Shown here piece after piece: positions 37,486-48,454 of a DNA stretch of 64,000 nucleotides. The stretch comes from a virus. The notes beneath the pieces are model-generated. The model was not told the origin of the DNA and ran no database searches. It saw only the letters and a program-made list of their open reading frames with translations. The stretch is from IMG/VR virus record IMGVR_UViG_3300025102_000012, positions 1 to 64,000 of that record; one strand, 5' to 3'. The position numbers and the translations under genes were made by a program. Every line of letters begins with the position of its first letter. Within the stretch, counting starts at the first letter, position 1.

Positions 37486-40400
37486 TGGCGCTAAAACTAT
37501 TTCAAAAGGGACAAAGTTCTAGCCTAACCAACTTTAACATTGATGTCCCTACTAATCCAAAAGCCACTACTGAAAGTGCTTCTTTATCGGGTAGAATATT
37601 TTCCGCTATTTATCCCGATGATTCTACTTCAGATAATTTTGAAGAAATAATTAATGGTGCAGGTATTACTACACCATATTCTAACTTAACAACAACAAAC
37701 GGATTTAGAATAAACTGTTATGATAGTACCTCTCAAGTAGGTATTCGTTTAAATTCTCTAAACATATCATCAGATTCTTTTGAATATTATGTATTAATTC
37801 ATTCCGATAATCATTTAAAGCATCACTTTGCTAAAATAACTGAAATAATAAAGAGCGATGTAACTGGTGATTCTTTTGATTTTACTCCTAAATTAGGAAA
37901 TGAAATACTAAAAGATACTAAATTTATGTTATTTAAATTCCCAAAAAATTCGACAGCAATAGCCGTAAGTGCAGGGTTATCTTTAGATTTACAAAATGAA
38001 TTAATTATATCAAGACCACACTATTTTTTTAGATTAAGCACTGATAAAAAGGATGAATTAGACCACAATACTAAATATTTTATGAGAGTAAAAGACGGTT
38101 CATCTAGTCCTATTACATTAGATAATACAATTACTCTAAAGACTACTTTTTTAACAGCGCAGGATTATGATTTAGGACTAATAGATTATAGTAAATACAC
38201 TCTTAAAGTTAAGATGGTAGACACTCTTAGGACACTAGATTTACAAGGAACTATTACTTTATCAGATGGTTCTATTTATAATATTGCTACTTCGGGTAGT
38301 CCCACTATTACAAACTTAAATCCAACACTAGATACATCTCAAATATTTGTTGGTATGGCCATTAACCATGCAAGGTTTTCAGGAATACCTAAAATAGTTT
38401 CTATTGGAACTAATGAGATAACACTATCTCAAAATGCTATTTCTACGGGAGTTAGCCCTATTCTATTTTTTAGTGGAAACGAAGGACAACAAAATAATAC
38501 TCTTGATTATACAGATTATAAAGATGCTTTTCCACATGCAAGAGCAGACGGTGATAACTTGTTATTACCTGTTTCTAATAACTTTACTTCAACTGGAGAA
38601 AGAAGATATTTGCATTACGATTTCTCTCCGGAAAAATGTAATAAATTACCCAACGCTATGGATTCTATTATATACGAATCAGCAGGAAATAGAGGGGCTT
38701 TTGCTGAAGTAAAGGCAGTAGATTCATTTAGAATCCTTCCCAAGAAAATTGTAGAATTTAACAAACTAAAGGCTAGGCATATTTTACATAGAGGGACTTT
38801 ATCAGATTTTAAAGAGTTTGATTGGGCTATTACAAATATATCTACTTTAACTATAACATTAGATACTAATAATGCTAATTTACATTTTGTGGCAGGTAAT
38901 GAAATAAAAATTGGAAACTTAATTTGTTTGGTAGATTCAGTTACTACTGATACAATAGTTCTAGAATCTGCTTTTAGATTAGAAGAAGAAAGTACCTTTA
39001 CTTCGGGAACTCCGCCAATAACATCAACCGATAAAGTCTCTAGAAGGGCATATAATCATGCTAATAATACATTGATGACGGATTTAACTTTGGTAAGTGA
39101 TAGAAGCGATTCTTTATTTGTTACTTTTATAGATGTTAATTTTATAGAACACTACGCTACGGTAACAGCCGTTAATTCTAAACAAAAACTTTTGACTTTA
39201 TCTCTAAACAGTTCTGCTTATACTGCTAATCAAACTCTATTTATAGATGGGCAATATTTAATAGAATATCAAAAGTTTGATGGAGAAATAGAATCAATAG
39301 ATTCTTATCAACAAGATGGTCAAACTTTAATAGAATTAAAAGGTAGAAATAAATTTAATAAATTACTTTCACCTATAATAAACAAATCAACTCTATTTAG
39401 TGATGATATATTATATTCTAGCGAAACCTTTTATTCAGAATTAGAAAGAATAAAAGATGGAGCCACTGATGCTTTTTTAACTGCAAGTTATGGTAGTGAT
39501 TTCGTAAATTTCACTGATAGTCTTGGTAATGGCATTTCTGTTACTACTTCTACTGGTGATAATCTTTTTATAAAAACAAAAGCAGGAAATATCAAATATG
39601 TTGGAAAAATATTATCCGGCAGCAGCGGAGGCGGCGCTAAACAATTAGAAACACTAGCAAATACTCAAACTAGTATGGGTATTAATGGTGATGATACTAT
39701 CGCAGTATATAAACAAAAGAAAAAGGAATATGTTTTCAATAAAGCGTTGGCTAGTAGTCATTTAGTTCCTTCTAGTACATCTCTATCAGGTTCTTCCAAT
39801 AAAGGTGTTTTCTTTACAGGAGGAAGAAAATTAGTAGGTGGTAATGAAAGCACTAGATTAGTTGGTAGTTCATTCGATAATAATCCTAATGCGGTAGGTT
39901 ATCACATTAGCAACATTAGAAATATGAAAAGCGACAACTTTTTTCAGTCTACATTAGGGAATGATGCGGATAGTGAAACTTATCAAAATTTTGATACAGT
40001 AAATACTCTTATGGATTTTACTGTTGTTAATGTTTCTAATAGCGGGGCTAATAAATTAGTGGAGATTGCTCCATATATACCTTTATCATTAGCCTCAATT
40101 AAACATAATTACGCAAATACAAGAGACATTACTAATGCTACACAATTTAGTAGTCAAAATTTAGGAACAATAAGCGCTATTCAAGACACTTTTAAAATAG
40201 TAACTTTAGATTTTGGATTTTGTTCTACCAATGCTGACAAAAGAAGGCTTCATAATAAGCCATTATATGTTAGCACATTGGGACAAACAGACTATACTTT
40301 TGTAGGATTTATTTTACAAGTAAATAGATACGGCACTACTGGTTCTTCTAAAACAATCATTTCTCTTGATAGGGGTGTTGTTGCTACTGTAGGACAGCAA

Positions 40401-43400
40401 CTATCAATTTTAGAACCGACTACTGCGGTTAGTGATAATGAATTTACCACTTCTGATAATAAATTAAATCACGAATTAAACATAATAAATGCAGGACATT
40501 TACATACCGGAAAAACAATTTCTTTGGTTCATCCTTCTTTTGGTGCAGATGGTCTTCCAAAAAACTTCGATGTGGATTTAGAAAACAGCGTAGCAAGCGT
40601 AGAAACTACTAGTTTTAGGAAATATGGAGATTCTGTTTATAGATTATTTAACATAGAAAAGGGAGACATCAAAACAAAAGAACATGGATTATTGGGTTTA
40701 TCAAGCAGATTTTCAAAAGCAAGCGAACAAAAAGCAAGTGTTCCCTTTTATGCTTCCGGATATAGATTAGGGGCAGGTTATAATTACGAAAGTTCTTTTG
40801 ATAATGGTTTACAGCCTGTAAATAAAATAACTACCCATAGCAATATTTATGCTTTGAACAATTTACCAATCGAAAGTAGGGGACAGGCAAGTGCAGGTTC
40901 TAGGTTCTTTGATAGTAATATTTTCCCTGCCGGAAATGAGGACTTTTCACTCTTCTTCCCAACCTTTGCGACTACCGATACCGAGCATGTTTCTCCAACA
41001 AATGATGATTACCTAAAATTAGTTCCATATTCTGTTAAAGAATATTTGAATATTTTAGATATAAGCACTAAGAGAATGTTTTTGTTTTCTAATTGTGATA
41101 TTTCTCCTTATTCTAGAAAAAGAACAACAAGCCTATTATTTGGAACTAAAACGATAGGCGACTACTCTATACTAGGGATAAAAGAACCCTTTTCATCCGG
41201 ACGCTCCGATGTAAAAGATGATGTATTATCTACTGAAACTATTAACCTAAATGACGATTCTTATTCTTCTAGTAACATTGTAGAAGCCAATAAAACCATA
41301 ACTAACCTAAAGGGTTTTTCTATGATGAGGCTTACTGAAGTGTGTTTAGATTGGGCTTTTAATCAAGTAAATCCTGAATCACCAATAGATAAAAAAGCAA
41401 CAATACCACAATTAGATACCGCAGGTTATTCCTTTTCATCTATAGGAACTGGGATAACTGTTACTGCTAGTAATTATGAAGTTAATGCATTAGGTAATTA
41501 TTCACAAAACTCATTTGGGATATTAGCCGATGGCAATGCAAATTGGGCGGCTACTCCGGGTGGTGGTCATTCTTTGGTTGTAGGAGATATAATTACAGAC
41601 GGTAATGGAAGATACATAGGAACTGTGGCGAGTTTTGCATCACCGGGAGCAACAACCAATTCAGTTTGTATGTTAGATAGAATACCATACAGAACAGATG
41701 GTGATAATTACTTTACCGGACAAGTATTCAAAATAAGAAGAAGTGATATTCTTACAGATTTACAAATCAACGGTAAAGGAGGTGTAGATACCTTTACTTC
41801 AGTAGAAGAAGATATTCATATGTTTAAATCGGCTTTTATGAGTCGTGGAAAGTTTGAATTTATGAAACAAAAAGTTGCCTTTACTGTTAGTGCCACAGCA
41901 AATGACATAGATACTGGTTCTGAGTTTCTATTAATAACATTACCAAAAGAAGACGGCACTACTGCTAATTTTTACATTTATTATAGTATTGGTGGGAGTA
42001 GTGCGCCTTCTTCTCATGCATCTACATATCCCACTTACGGCCTTATTGAAGTCCCTATTGATGGAATAAATAGCGTTGCTTATTCAGACAAACAGGCAAG
42101 ACTATTAGCATTATATAATGCTCTAATAGGTAACTCAACTTTTATGTCCCATGTATACAGTATTGGTCATGCAAGCAATACCATACATCTAATTCCTGTA
42201 ATAACTGTTGAGGCTTTTAATAATCCTACAATTTTTGATATGACTGGTTTTCCTACTAATCCTATTGGTGAATATTCTGCACCTACCTCTACAATGGGAG
42301 GAGTTCACAAAATGGGATATGGTCAAGATGGGACTGTTAGTTTCAACAATGATGAGATATTAAATACAGCAATAATTATAACTGGTTCACATACTTTTAG
42401 TGCAGGAGAAGGCTATGGAGGAAGTAAAGATAGTTCTTGGCGACAAAAATCCGATGAAACATTAGGTGGTAAAATAACAGATGAATCTTATATTATGCAT
42501 TCTGTTTTACCAATTACTACTAATTTAAATCAAGCACGAATATTTTATCCATTTAGTATTTTTAGATGGTTGGCTAATCTTCCTAAAAGTGACAAAACCA
42601 TATCTAGTAAAGGTCTTGGTCTAAGAACAACAACTACTGGGTATTGGGAATTCCTCTACAAATTCTTTAATACGGTGTGTTTAGAAAGGTATGATATTGA
42701 GGATAATGTTGGTGCTAAGGCCGTAGCAGGAATGTCTACACCTTATATTAGAGGAATATTTAGAAAAGAATACACAACTTCATTGAATAAAGCACTGTAT
42801 GGAATAAATTATCTTGGAGGTAGTTTTGGTGATTTATTAGTCACTGAAGCCAATACCATAACAAAAGCCGGTACTAGTGTATTTCCTAGAGAAAGATTTC
42901 AATTGACTGATAATCAAGAATTCGCACTAAAAGAATTTGACGGTAATCCTTCAACAACTGGATATAATCAAGAACTAAGAGAGGCTGATGGTGCTTTAAC
43001 AGTATTTAAGCCAAAACTATTTGTTAGTGCTGATGTGTTTGCGACAGAATCAACACAAATAGGTCTAGGAAACCATACTCAATATAAATACACTTTTACT
43101 AGTGGGAATTATCGTGGTGCATCTACAAATGTTTCTCAATACACTTGGTTAAATTTTGTAGATTTAACTGGTTGTTATTTAGCCTCTAGCCGAGGAAAGA
43201 AATATAGAACAGATGGTTCCTCTACAATTACAGACACAACCGGACTTAGTGTTCCGTCTTCTAAAACAACCGACTATACACCCGAAACATTAGCCTATGT
43301 TTTATCACATGAATTAGATACTACTAATGCAGTAAATAAACACATTATTATTGTAGATAAACGATTGAATACAAATGAACTTTATTCATTATTACAGCCA

Positions 43401-44792
43401 AACCACAGATTCTCACATAGTTTTAGTCCCAACAATATTAGATTGAATGAACTTTCAAGCAAATATACAAAGTTAGCAAATGAAAATTCTATGTATAAAA
43501 ACATTAAAAATTACTCGGCTTTATCTAATGCTTTAGAAATAAACGGAGAAAGAGAAGGTGTAATGTCAATGTATGTTATTGCTGATATAGACGGACAAAC
43601 TAATAGTGGAGAAATAGTGATACGCAACCCAAATACTCTCTCAGATAATAATGAAAGTATTATTGATTTACCTCCTAATATGATAATCAGTGATGGAGAA
43701 AACACACATAAAGTATCAGTAGAGATGGAAAATTTAGGAGACACTATTGGGTATTATCTTTCTTTATCGGATATGTATGACCTAAAAGGAATAATAAGTT
43801 TAACAGAATCTATTACTTTAACAGTAGGAAAAGAATTCGATAGCGAATCAAAGAGATGTTTAATTGGTTCCGGAGTAAAAATATGCAATGAAGCAGAAGA
43901 CTTGATTAACAATCTATTAGAAGAGGAAGGATTAGAATTTAATTTAGATTCTGTTGATTATCCTTTATTTGTTGCTCCAAACTTTCAAGGCTCAACGCTT
44001 ATGGATGCTTTACACTTTTTAACAGAAAAGAAAGATAAAACTATTGTTTATGAAAATGATTTGTTTTCTATAAAAGATAAAGAATCTAATGATTTCTTTT
44101 CTAACATATTGATTAACGATACAGGAGAGTATCAGATACTAGAATATGAAAAAGTTAGAACTACTTTTGACTTACACAATGAAATTATAGTTTATGGAAA
44201 TAGTCATAAAGCAACTAAAAAGGATTTAAGAAGCATACAGAAAAGAGGAAGAAAAACTCTAGAAGTTTTTGAAAGAGAATTAATTACTCAAGATGAAGTA
44301 AATAAAAGAGCAAAAAACCTTCTAAAGATTCATTCTACACTCAATACCAAATTAATAATCACTGTCAGTTCTAAAGGATTAGGACAACTAAAAGCAGGAG
44401 ACTTAATTCAAGTACAAATAGAAAGAGAGAATATAGAAAGAGGTCAATTTTTAGTATTGCAAATAGAGCATAAGATGACTGGTCTATTAAAATTAGAACT
44501 AGGAAGATACTCAAAGCAATTAGAAGATAGATTTGCAGAACTACTAATTGCTAATAAGAAAACTAATTCAGCCATTCGCAATCAAAAATTCAGTGAACCG
44601 ACTACTGGCTTTGACTTCATAGATAACACAAGCGTTAAAGAAATAAGGTTGCACATTAGAAAAAGAACAACTAGTGGAACAGTATTAACATTAGGTTTTG
44701 GAACAACCCTAAATACAAGCACTATAGAACTAGGGTTTGAAGGTGGGGGCAGTATCACTCTCACCACTTTGATTGATGAGGATTTGCTATGA
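37485..44792 (+). CDS. Giant tail tip/hub protein (2435 aa)
   Basis: FDGEIESI...IELKGRN hub motif; C-terminal NEIIVYG...LKAGDLIQV...VLQIEH...LELG; tail module position. Confidence 0.7.
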   Translation: MALKLFQKGQSSSLTNFNIDVPTNPKATTESASLSGRIFSAIYPDDSTSDNFEEIINGAGITTPYSNLTTTNGFRINCYDSTSQVGIRLNSLNISSDSFEYYVLIHSDNHLKHHFAKITEIIKSDVTGDSFDFTPKLGNEILKDTKFMLFKFPKNSTAIAVSAGLSLDLQNELIISRPHYFFRLSTDKKDELDHNTKYFMRVKDGSSSPITLDNTITLKTTFLTAQDYDLGLIDYSKYTLKVKMVDTLRTLDLQGTITLSDGSIYNIATSGSPTITNLNPTLDTSQIFVGMAINHARFSGIPKIVSIGTNEITLSQNAISTGVSPILFFSGNEGQQNNTLDYTDYKDAFPHARADGDNLLLPVSNNFTSTGERRYLHYDFSPEKCNKLPNAMDSIIYESAGNRGAFAEVKAVDSFRILPKKIVEFNKLKARHILHRGTLSDFKEFDWAITNISTLTITLDTNNANLHFVAGNEIKIGNLICLVDSVTTDTIVLESAFRLEEESTFTSGTPPITSTDKVSRRAYNHANNTLMTDLTLVSDRSDSLFVTFIDVNFIEHYATVTAVNSKQKLLTLSLNSSAYTANQTLFIDGQYLIEYQKFDGEIESIDSYQQDGQTLIELKGRNKFNKLLSPIINKSTLFSDDILYSSETFYSELERIKDGATDAFLTASYGSDFVNFTDSLGNGISVTTSTGDNLFIKTKAGNIKYVGKILSGSSGGGAKQLETLANTQTSMGINGDDTIAVYKQKKKEYVFNKALASSHLVPSSTSLSGSSNKGVFFTGGRKLVGGNESTRLVGSSFDNNPNAVGYHISNIRNMKSDNFFQSTLGNDADSETYQNFDTVNTLMDFTVVNVSNSGANKLVEIAPYIPLSLASIKHNYANTRDITNATQFSSQNLGTISAIQDTFKIVTLDFGFCSTNADKRRLHNKPLYVSTLGQTDYTFVGFILQVNRYGTTGSSKTIISLDRGVVATVGQQLSILEPTTAVSDNEFTTSDNKLNHELNIINAGHLHTGKTISLVHPSFGADGLPKNFDVDLENSVASVETTSFRKYGDSVYRLFNIEKGDIKTKEHGLLGLSSRFSKASEQKASVPFYASGYRLGAGYNYESSFDNGLQPVNKITTHSNIYALNNLPIESRGQASAGSRFFDSNIFPAGNEDFSLFFPTFATTDTEHVSPTNDDYLKLVPYSVKEYLNILDISTKRMFLFSNCDISPYSRKRTTSLLFGTKTIGDYSILGIKEPFSSGRSDVKDDVLSTETINLNDDSYSSSNIVEANKTITNLKGFSMMRLTEVCLDWAFNQVNPESPIDKKATIPQLDTAGYSFSSIGTGITVTASNYEVNALGNYSQNSFGILADGNANWAATPGGGHSLVVGDIITDGNGRYIGTVASFASPGATTNSVCMLDRIPYRTDGDNYFTGQVFKIRRSDILTDLQINGKGGVDTFTSVEEDIHMFKSAFMSRGKFEFMKQKVAFTVSATANDIDTGSEFLLITLPKEDGTTANFYIYYSIGGSSAPSSHASTYPTYGLIEVPIDGINSVAYSDKQARLLALYNALIGNSTFMSHVYSIGHASNTIHLIPVITVEAFNNPTIFDMTGFPTNPIGEYSAPTSTMGGVHKMGYGQDGTVSFNNDEILNTAIIITGSHTFSAGEGYGGSKDSSWRQKSDETLGGKITDESYIMHSVLPITTNLNQARIFYPFSIFRWLANLPKSDKTISSKGLGLRTTTTGYWEFLYKFFNTVCLERYDIEDNVGAKAVAGMSTPYIRGIFRKEYTTSLNKALYGINYLGGSFGDLLVTEANTITKAGTSVFPRERFQLTDNQEFALKEFDGNPSTTGYNQELREADGALTVFKPKLFVSADVFATESTQIGLGNHTQYKYTFTSGNYRGASTNVSQYTWLNFVDLTGCYLASSRGKKYRTDGSSTITDTTGLSVPSSKTTDYTPETLAYVLSHELDTTNAVNKHIIIVDKRLNTNELYSLLQPNHRFSHSFSPNNIRLNELSSKYTKLANENSMYKNIKNYSALSNALEINGEREGVMSMYVIADIDGQTNSGEIVIRNPNTLSDNNESIIDLPPNMIISDGENTHKVSVEMENLGDTIGYYLSLSDMYDLKGIISLTESITLTVGKEFDSESKRCLIGSGVKICNEAEDLINNLLEEEGLEFNLDSVDYPLFVAPNFQGSTLMDALHFLTEKKDKTIVYENDLFSIKDKESNDFFSNILINDTGEYQILEYEKVRTTFDLHNEIIVYGNSHKATKKDLRSIQKRGRKTLEVFERELITQDEVNKRAKNLLKIHSTLNTKLIITVSSKGLGQLKAGDLIQVQIERENIERGQFLVLQIEHKMTGLLKLELGRYSKQLEDRFAELLIANKKTNSAIRNQKFSEPTTGFDFIDNTSVKEIRLHIRKRTTSGTVLTLGFGTTLNTSTIELGFEGGGSITLTTLIDEDLL

Positions 44793-45139
44793 TAACAAAC
44801 AAATTAAGAGAACTTTTGGCTACACAAGTAAAAACATTAGCAGATGCTGGTAGTGGTCAAGTTGGCTACGGAGGCAACTCTACAAGTCCGTTCTCTAGTG
44901 TTCTTGATGTACCTGCGGGAGTGGGTGTTCCAGTATCAATAGTAACAGCAAATGCTGATGAAAATGTTATTGAAATAAAAGCAAGCGTTGATGGCGCAAA
45001 TGTTACTGGGCGTGTTTTAAGAGAACTGGGTATTTTTGATGGGTCATCAAACATGCTTACTAGAGTTAATTTTGACGGTATCGGGCCATTTTCAGCAGGA
45101 GAAACAATTGAATTTTTTATAACGATAGAGGTAGAATAA
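44789..45139 (+). CDS. Tail/baseplate protein
   Basis: LRELGIFD motif common in fibre-attachment domains. Confidence 0.55.
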   Translation: MITNKLRELLATQVKTLADAGSGQVGYGGNSTSPFSSVLDVPAGVGVPVSIVTANADENVIEIKASVDGANVTGRVLRELGIFDGSSNMLTRVNFDGIGPFSAGETIEFFITIEVE

Positions 45140-45140
45140 T

Positions 45141-47297
45141 ATGAGCCAAACAGAAAACAATAAACATAAATTTACACAAAGTTCAACTGGATTAACTTTG
45201 TCAGAAATACAAGACGGTGTTGATTTTCCGCATACTGGACTATTAAAATCACTACTTCAAACCGCCAAAGGAAACCATGTAGTTAAAACAGGAAATGGTA
45301 ATTCAAATGATGATTTTGCTATAACTAGAAGTAATTCTACAACTATAACGGTAAAAGGAGGTTCTTATTATAGGAATAATAAATTACACACTATTACTGA
45401 TTCTGATGCTTCTCCTACGGTTACTCTTACTTTAGGATTTACTACGGCTAATGCTTATCATCTTTTAGTAATAAACGAAGCAGGTCAATTCGCAATAAGA
45501 AATCCAACTGCCGCAAATAAAGTAGCAGATACAGAATTGAATGATGTTATTGTTGCCGTATTAACTTATACGGGTGCTGATATTCATGTTCAATACTTAA
45601 CAAATGACAAATCTGCTAATTCTTTGAGTATTGCTCATGATAATGGAGGTTCACAAGCGACGGCTGTTTATACTGAAGTTGGTGAAATAGCGCATGACTC
45701 AGCAACAAATGGAGTTAAATTCAAAGTAACAGCAGGTGATTTAACAATTGAAAATGATGCGGCTGATGGCGATATTATCTTCAAAGGTAACGATTCAGAT
45801 GGAACTGCTGATTTAACTGCATTAAGTCTTAATATGAGTCTTAATGGAAAGGCTACATTTAGCGGAGATGTTGTTTCGGGTACAACAACATTAACTGGCG
45901 GTAGTGTTGCTAATGAAGGCAATAATAGAGTCACTACCTCTACTGGTAGTAATGGTGATTTAAATGCAGAAGCAAACTTAGTTTTTGATGGTTCTAGTTT
46001 AGGAATAGGAACTGCAACTCCGGGATTTACATTAGATGTAGTAGGAGGAATTAGGTCTAGTCTTAATATGTTTTCACAGACAGACATTTCAGCAAGTAAT
46101 GGAACTGTTAGTGGAGATAATATAGCAGCAACAACTAATCTTTCTAATAGCGGTTCAAGAACCAAAAGCAAATTAAAAGCCGCTAGAGTACAAGGACATG
46201 CTGCTGCATCTGTATATGCCCATGCAACTATAAGTCAAGCGGTACAACATGGCGGTTTAATTGATGCCGCAAAAGAAATATATTATGTTGGTATGAATAC
46301 TAATAGTGGTGCCTCTCATCAAAATACTCTTCTAAATGGTATACCTGTAAATGCCGGTAGCAATAACCCTTCAGATTTTTATACAATAACAGAAGCAAAT
46401 TACAATGTATTGAATTCCGGTGATGTAGTAAATGGCCATACTTATGTTGCAGAAAGTGTTTTTGGAGGCGGAGCAATATTTGTAGGTTTAGTAGCGCCTG
46501 AATATGCATCGGATAAGGAAGTAATAATACATAATGTAACAGGGTTTGCATTATATGTTATTGCTATTAATCCTGCTATAGACCCAAGCAATTTTGACCA
46601 CATAGCAAGAAATAGATTTAATGGAGGTTATCATCATCATACTCAGTTTGCTAATGTTACTGGTAATGATAGGCTTTTTGATTTAGGAAGACTATTATTA
46701 GGAGCGCCTTCTGCTTCTAATTTTAATTTTTCACCGGGCATACCAGTAGCGCCACATAATAATCCTTACAATAAAGATGCTATTCTAATAAAACCAAGAG
46801 AATCAGTAAGGCTAACTGCAATGAAATCCTCAACAGGAGAAGGCGGTACTAACTTTGAAACAGATTGGCATATTCAACAAGGACTATTAAATGTTTTTTC
46901 CGGAGACTTTCTATCTTCTCAATGGATGATTACTTCTTCTTCTAGTGGTACTGATAAAGCACAAATGGTAGAATTATTAGATTCATTTATGCATGTTCCT
47001 GTACATTATACTGGAACAACTTTTATTTGCGAAGGAGATAATGAAATAGTATTGCCCAATTATCCCGAAGATGGTACACAATTTGCTTTTTTATGTATAC
47101 AAGGTACGACAACAATTACTTTACCAACAACATCAAACGCAATTTCTCAATTTGGGCAAAATATGCTTCCTCCTTCTTTTTTTGAAGTAGGTACAAACCC
47201 TGCTTCAAGTATAACTTTAACTGCCGGAGATGCTCGTACTTTTGTTCATTATACTTCTCAAATCGCTAGTACAAGAGGCTATCAAGTAATAGGTTGA
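45141..47297 (+). CDS. Tail fibre protein
   Basis: DGDIIFKGND and LGIGTATPGFTLDVVG fibre-type repeats; N/T/S/G-rich. Confidence 0.65.
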   Translation: MSQTENNKHKFTQSSTGLTLSEIQDGVDFPHTGLLKSLLQTAKGNHVVKTGNGNSNDDFAITRSNSTTITVKGGSYYRNNKLHTITDSDASPTVTLTLGFTTANAYHLLVINEAGQFAIRNPTAANKVADTELNDVIVAVLTYTGADIHVQYLTNDKSANSLSIAHDNGGSQATAVYTEVGEIAHDSATNGVKFKVTAGDLTIENDAADGDIIFKGNDSDGTADLTALSLNMSLNGKATFSGDVVSGTTTLTGGSVANEGNNRVTTSTGSNGDLNAEANLVFDGSSLGIGTATPGFTLDVVGGIRSSLNMFSQTDISASNGTVSGDNIAATTNLSNSGSRTKSKLKAARVQGHAAASVYAHATISQAVQHGGLIDAAKEIYYVGMNTNSGASHQNTLLNGIPVNAGSNNPSDFYTITEANYNVLNSGDVVNGHTYVAESVFGGGAIFVGLVAPEYASDKEVIIHNVTGFALYVIAINPAIDPSNFDHIARNRFNGGYHHHTQFANVTGNDRLFDLGRLLLGAPSASNFNFSPGIPVAPHNNPYNKDAILIKPRESVRLTAMKSSTGEGGTNFETDWHIQQGLLNVFSGDFLSSQWMITSSSSGTDKAQMVELLDSFMHVPVHYTGTTFICEGDNEIVLPNYPEDGTQFAFLCIQGTTTITLPTTSNAISQFGQNMLPPSFFEVGTNPASSITLTAGDARTFVHYTSQIASTRGYQVIG

Positions 47298-47302
47298 TTA
47301 AA

Positions 47303-47962
47303 ATGAATCCACTTTTTCTTATTACTAAAGGCATTAAAGCCAAAAAGAAAAGATTAGCAGGAGGAGGAGGCGGCGGTGGTATTTCTGCTGGAACTAAATT
47401 AATCGCACGAACAAGTAAAGTTAGCCCGGTTACAAATCATGCTGAAGTAGTTTTACAAATAGAAGATATGACCAACGGACAATTCCATGTAGACCCAATA
47501 AGCGGTTCTTTAATTAGAAATGTTGTTGTTAGTGATGCTGTTGCCATTTCTAATTCTGTTGCTGGAACTTCGGCAGTATTAACTAATGGTACTGCTACAT
47601 TAAGTATTGGTAATGATTATGAAATAAGACCTGACGCTTTTTATGGTAGTGCTAGTTCAGCAAGCCCCACAGGAACAGAACAATTAACTGTTTCAGTAAT
47701 ACAAGATACTGCTAATAATGTATCAAATGGTCATGTTGGCATTGGTGGACTTAATCTTGCTGGCGGTCTAACTTTTAGTTTAAGCCACCCATATAGGTCA
47801 ACTTTTAATATAGGTAATATAGGAATTAGTTCTAATGCTTTAGCAGGAAATCTTACTTTTAAATTACAAATAGTAGGAGGAACAACCGATACAGATGCAA
47901 ATGTACTTGCTGGAACTGCGGCAACTTCCGATAGTTATTATTTGAGGGTAATTTTACAATGA
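47303..47962 (+). CDS. Putative fibre-tip/adhesin protein with poly-Gly linker
   Basis: AGGGGGGG after a short basic N-terminus; beta-rich; follows fibre gene. Confidence 0.5.
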   Translation: MNPLFLITKGIKAKKKRLAGGGGGGGISAGTKLIARTSKVSPVTNHAEVVLQIEDMTNGQFHVDPISGSLIRNVVVSDAVAISNSVAGTSAVLTNGTATLSIGNDYEIRPDAFYGSASSASPTGTEQLTVSVIQDTANNVSNGHVGIGGLNLAGGLTFSLSHPYRSTFNIGNIGISSNALAGNLTFKLQIVGGTTDTDANVLAGTAATSDSYYLRVILQ

Positions 47963-47974
47963 AGTTTTGATTTT

Positions 47975-48100
47975 ATGTTTATTAAACTATTAATATACTT
48001 TTTACTTAGTTTTATCGTTGGTTATTTAACAGTTAGCGCACTATTAGTTGAAAATAAACCATTAGGTTTTATTATTTTAGAAGAAAAAAATCTTGATTAG
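47975..48100 (+). CDS. Small single-TM protein (41 aa)
   Basis: MFIKLLIYFLLSFIVGYLTVSALLVENKPLGFIILEEKNLD; last ORF of + arm. Confidence 0.45.
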   Translation: MFIKLLIYFLLSFIVGYLTVSALLVENKPLGFIILEEKNLD

Positions 48101-48123
48101 CCCAACAAAATTGAATTTTAAGT

Positions 48124-48178
48124 GTTTTTTTAAAAAGACCAAAAAAAAATCGAGGGCGGGGCTTATGCCCCTACCCTC
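48124..48178. terminator. Convergent terminator region
   Basis: T-tract on + (~48124-48131); on -, hairpin GAGGGTAGGGGC-ATAA-GCCCCGCCCTC followed by T9. Confidence 0.65.
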
Positions 48179-48312
48179 TTATTAGACCAAATGGCTAAAC
48201 AATTTCTACATTCCCATAATTTAATTTGTTCGTTTGAACCAACATAAAAACCAAGTATTCTTTTGGCTACTGTTGCTTCTTTACAATACGGACAAATTTG
48301 TTTAAGGCTCAT
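48163..48312 (-). CDS. Small zinc-ribbon protein (49 aa)
   Basis: MSLKQICPYC...LWECRNCLAIW. Confidence 0.6.
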   Translation of the reverse strand: MSLKQICPYCKEATVAKRILGFYVGSNEQIKLWECRNCLAIWSNKRVGA

Positions 48313-48454
48313 TTTTATCGCCAATATCCATCAAACGCTTCATATATTCCTCTACGCTTTCGTCGGTAACGCTAGTTCCTCCAAAGGCGGCAAAGAACAA
48401 AAGCATTAGAACAGTGACAAAAACGAACAAGCCGAACCATTCCCAACCAGTCAT
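48302..48454 (-). CDS. Small membrane protein (50 aa)
   Basis: MTGWEWFGLFVFVTVLMLLFFAAFGG...; coupled to upstream stop. Confidence 0.55.
   Translation of the reverse strand: MTGWEWFGLFVFVTVLMLLFFAAFGGTSVTDESVEEYMKRLMDIGDKNEP

Noticed and set aside
178-46551. Many minus-strand ORFs of 60-200 aa inside the structural arm
   Set aside because: They lie opposite long + strand genes, lack recognisable motifs and have the composition of antisense shadows
47357-47380. GGA/GGC run as a tandem repeat or hypervariable element
   Set aside because: Simply encodes a poly-Gly linker; no reverse transcriptase or template repeat seen
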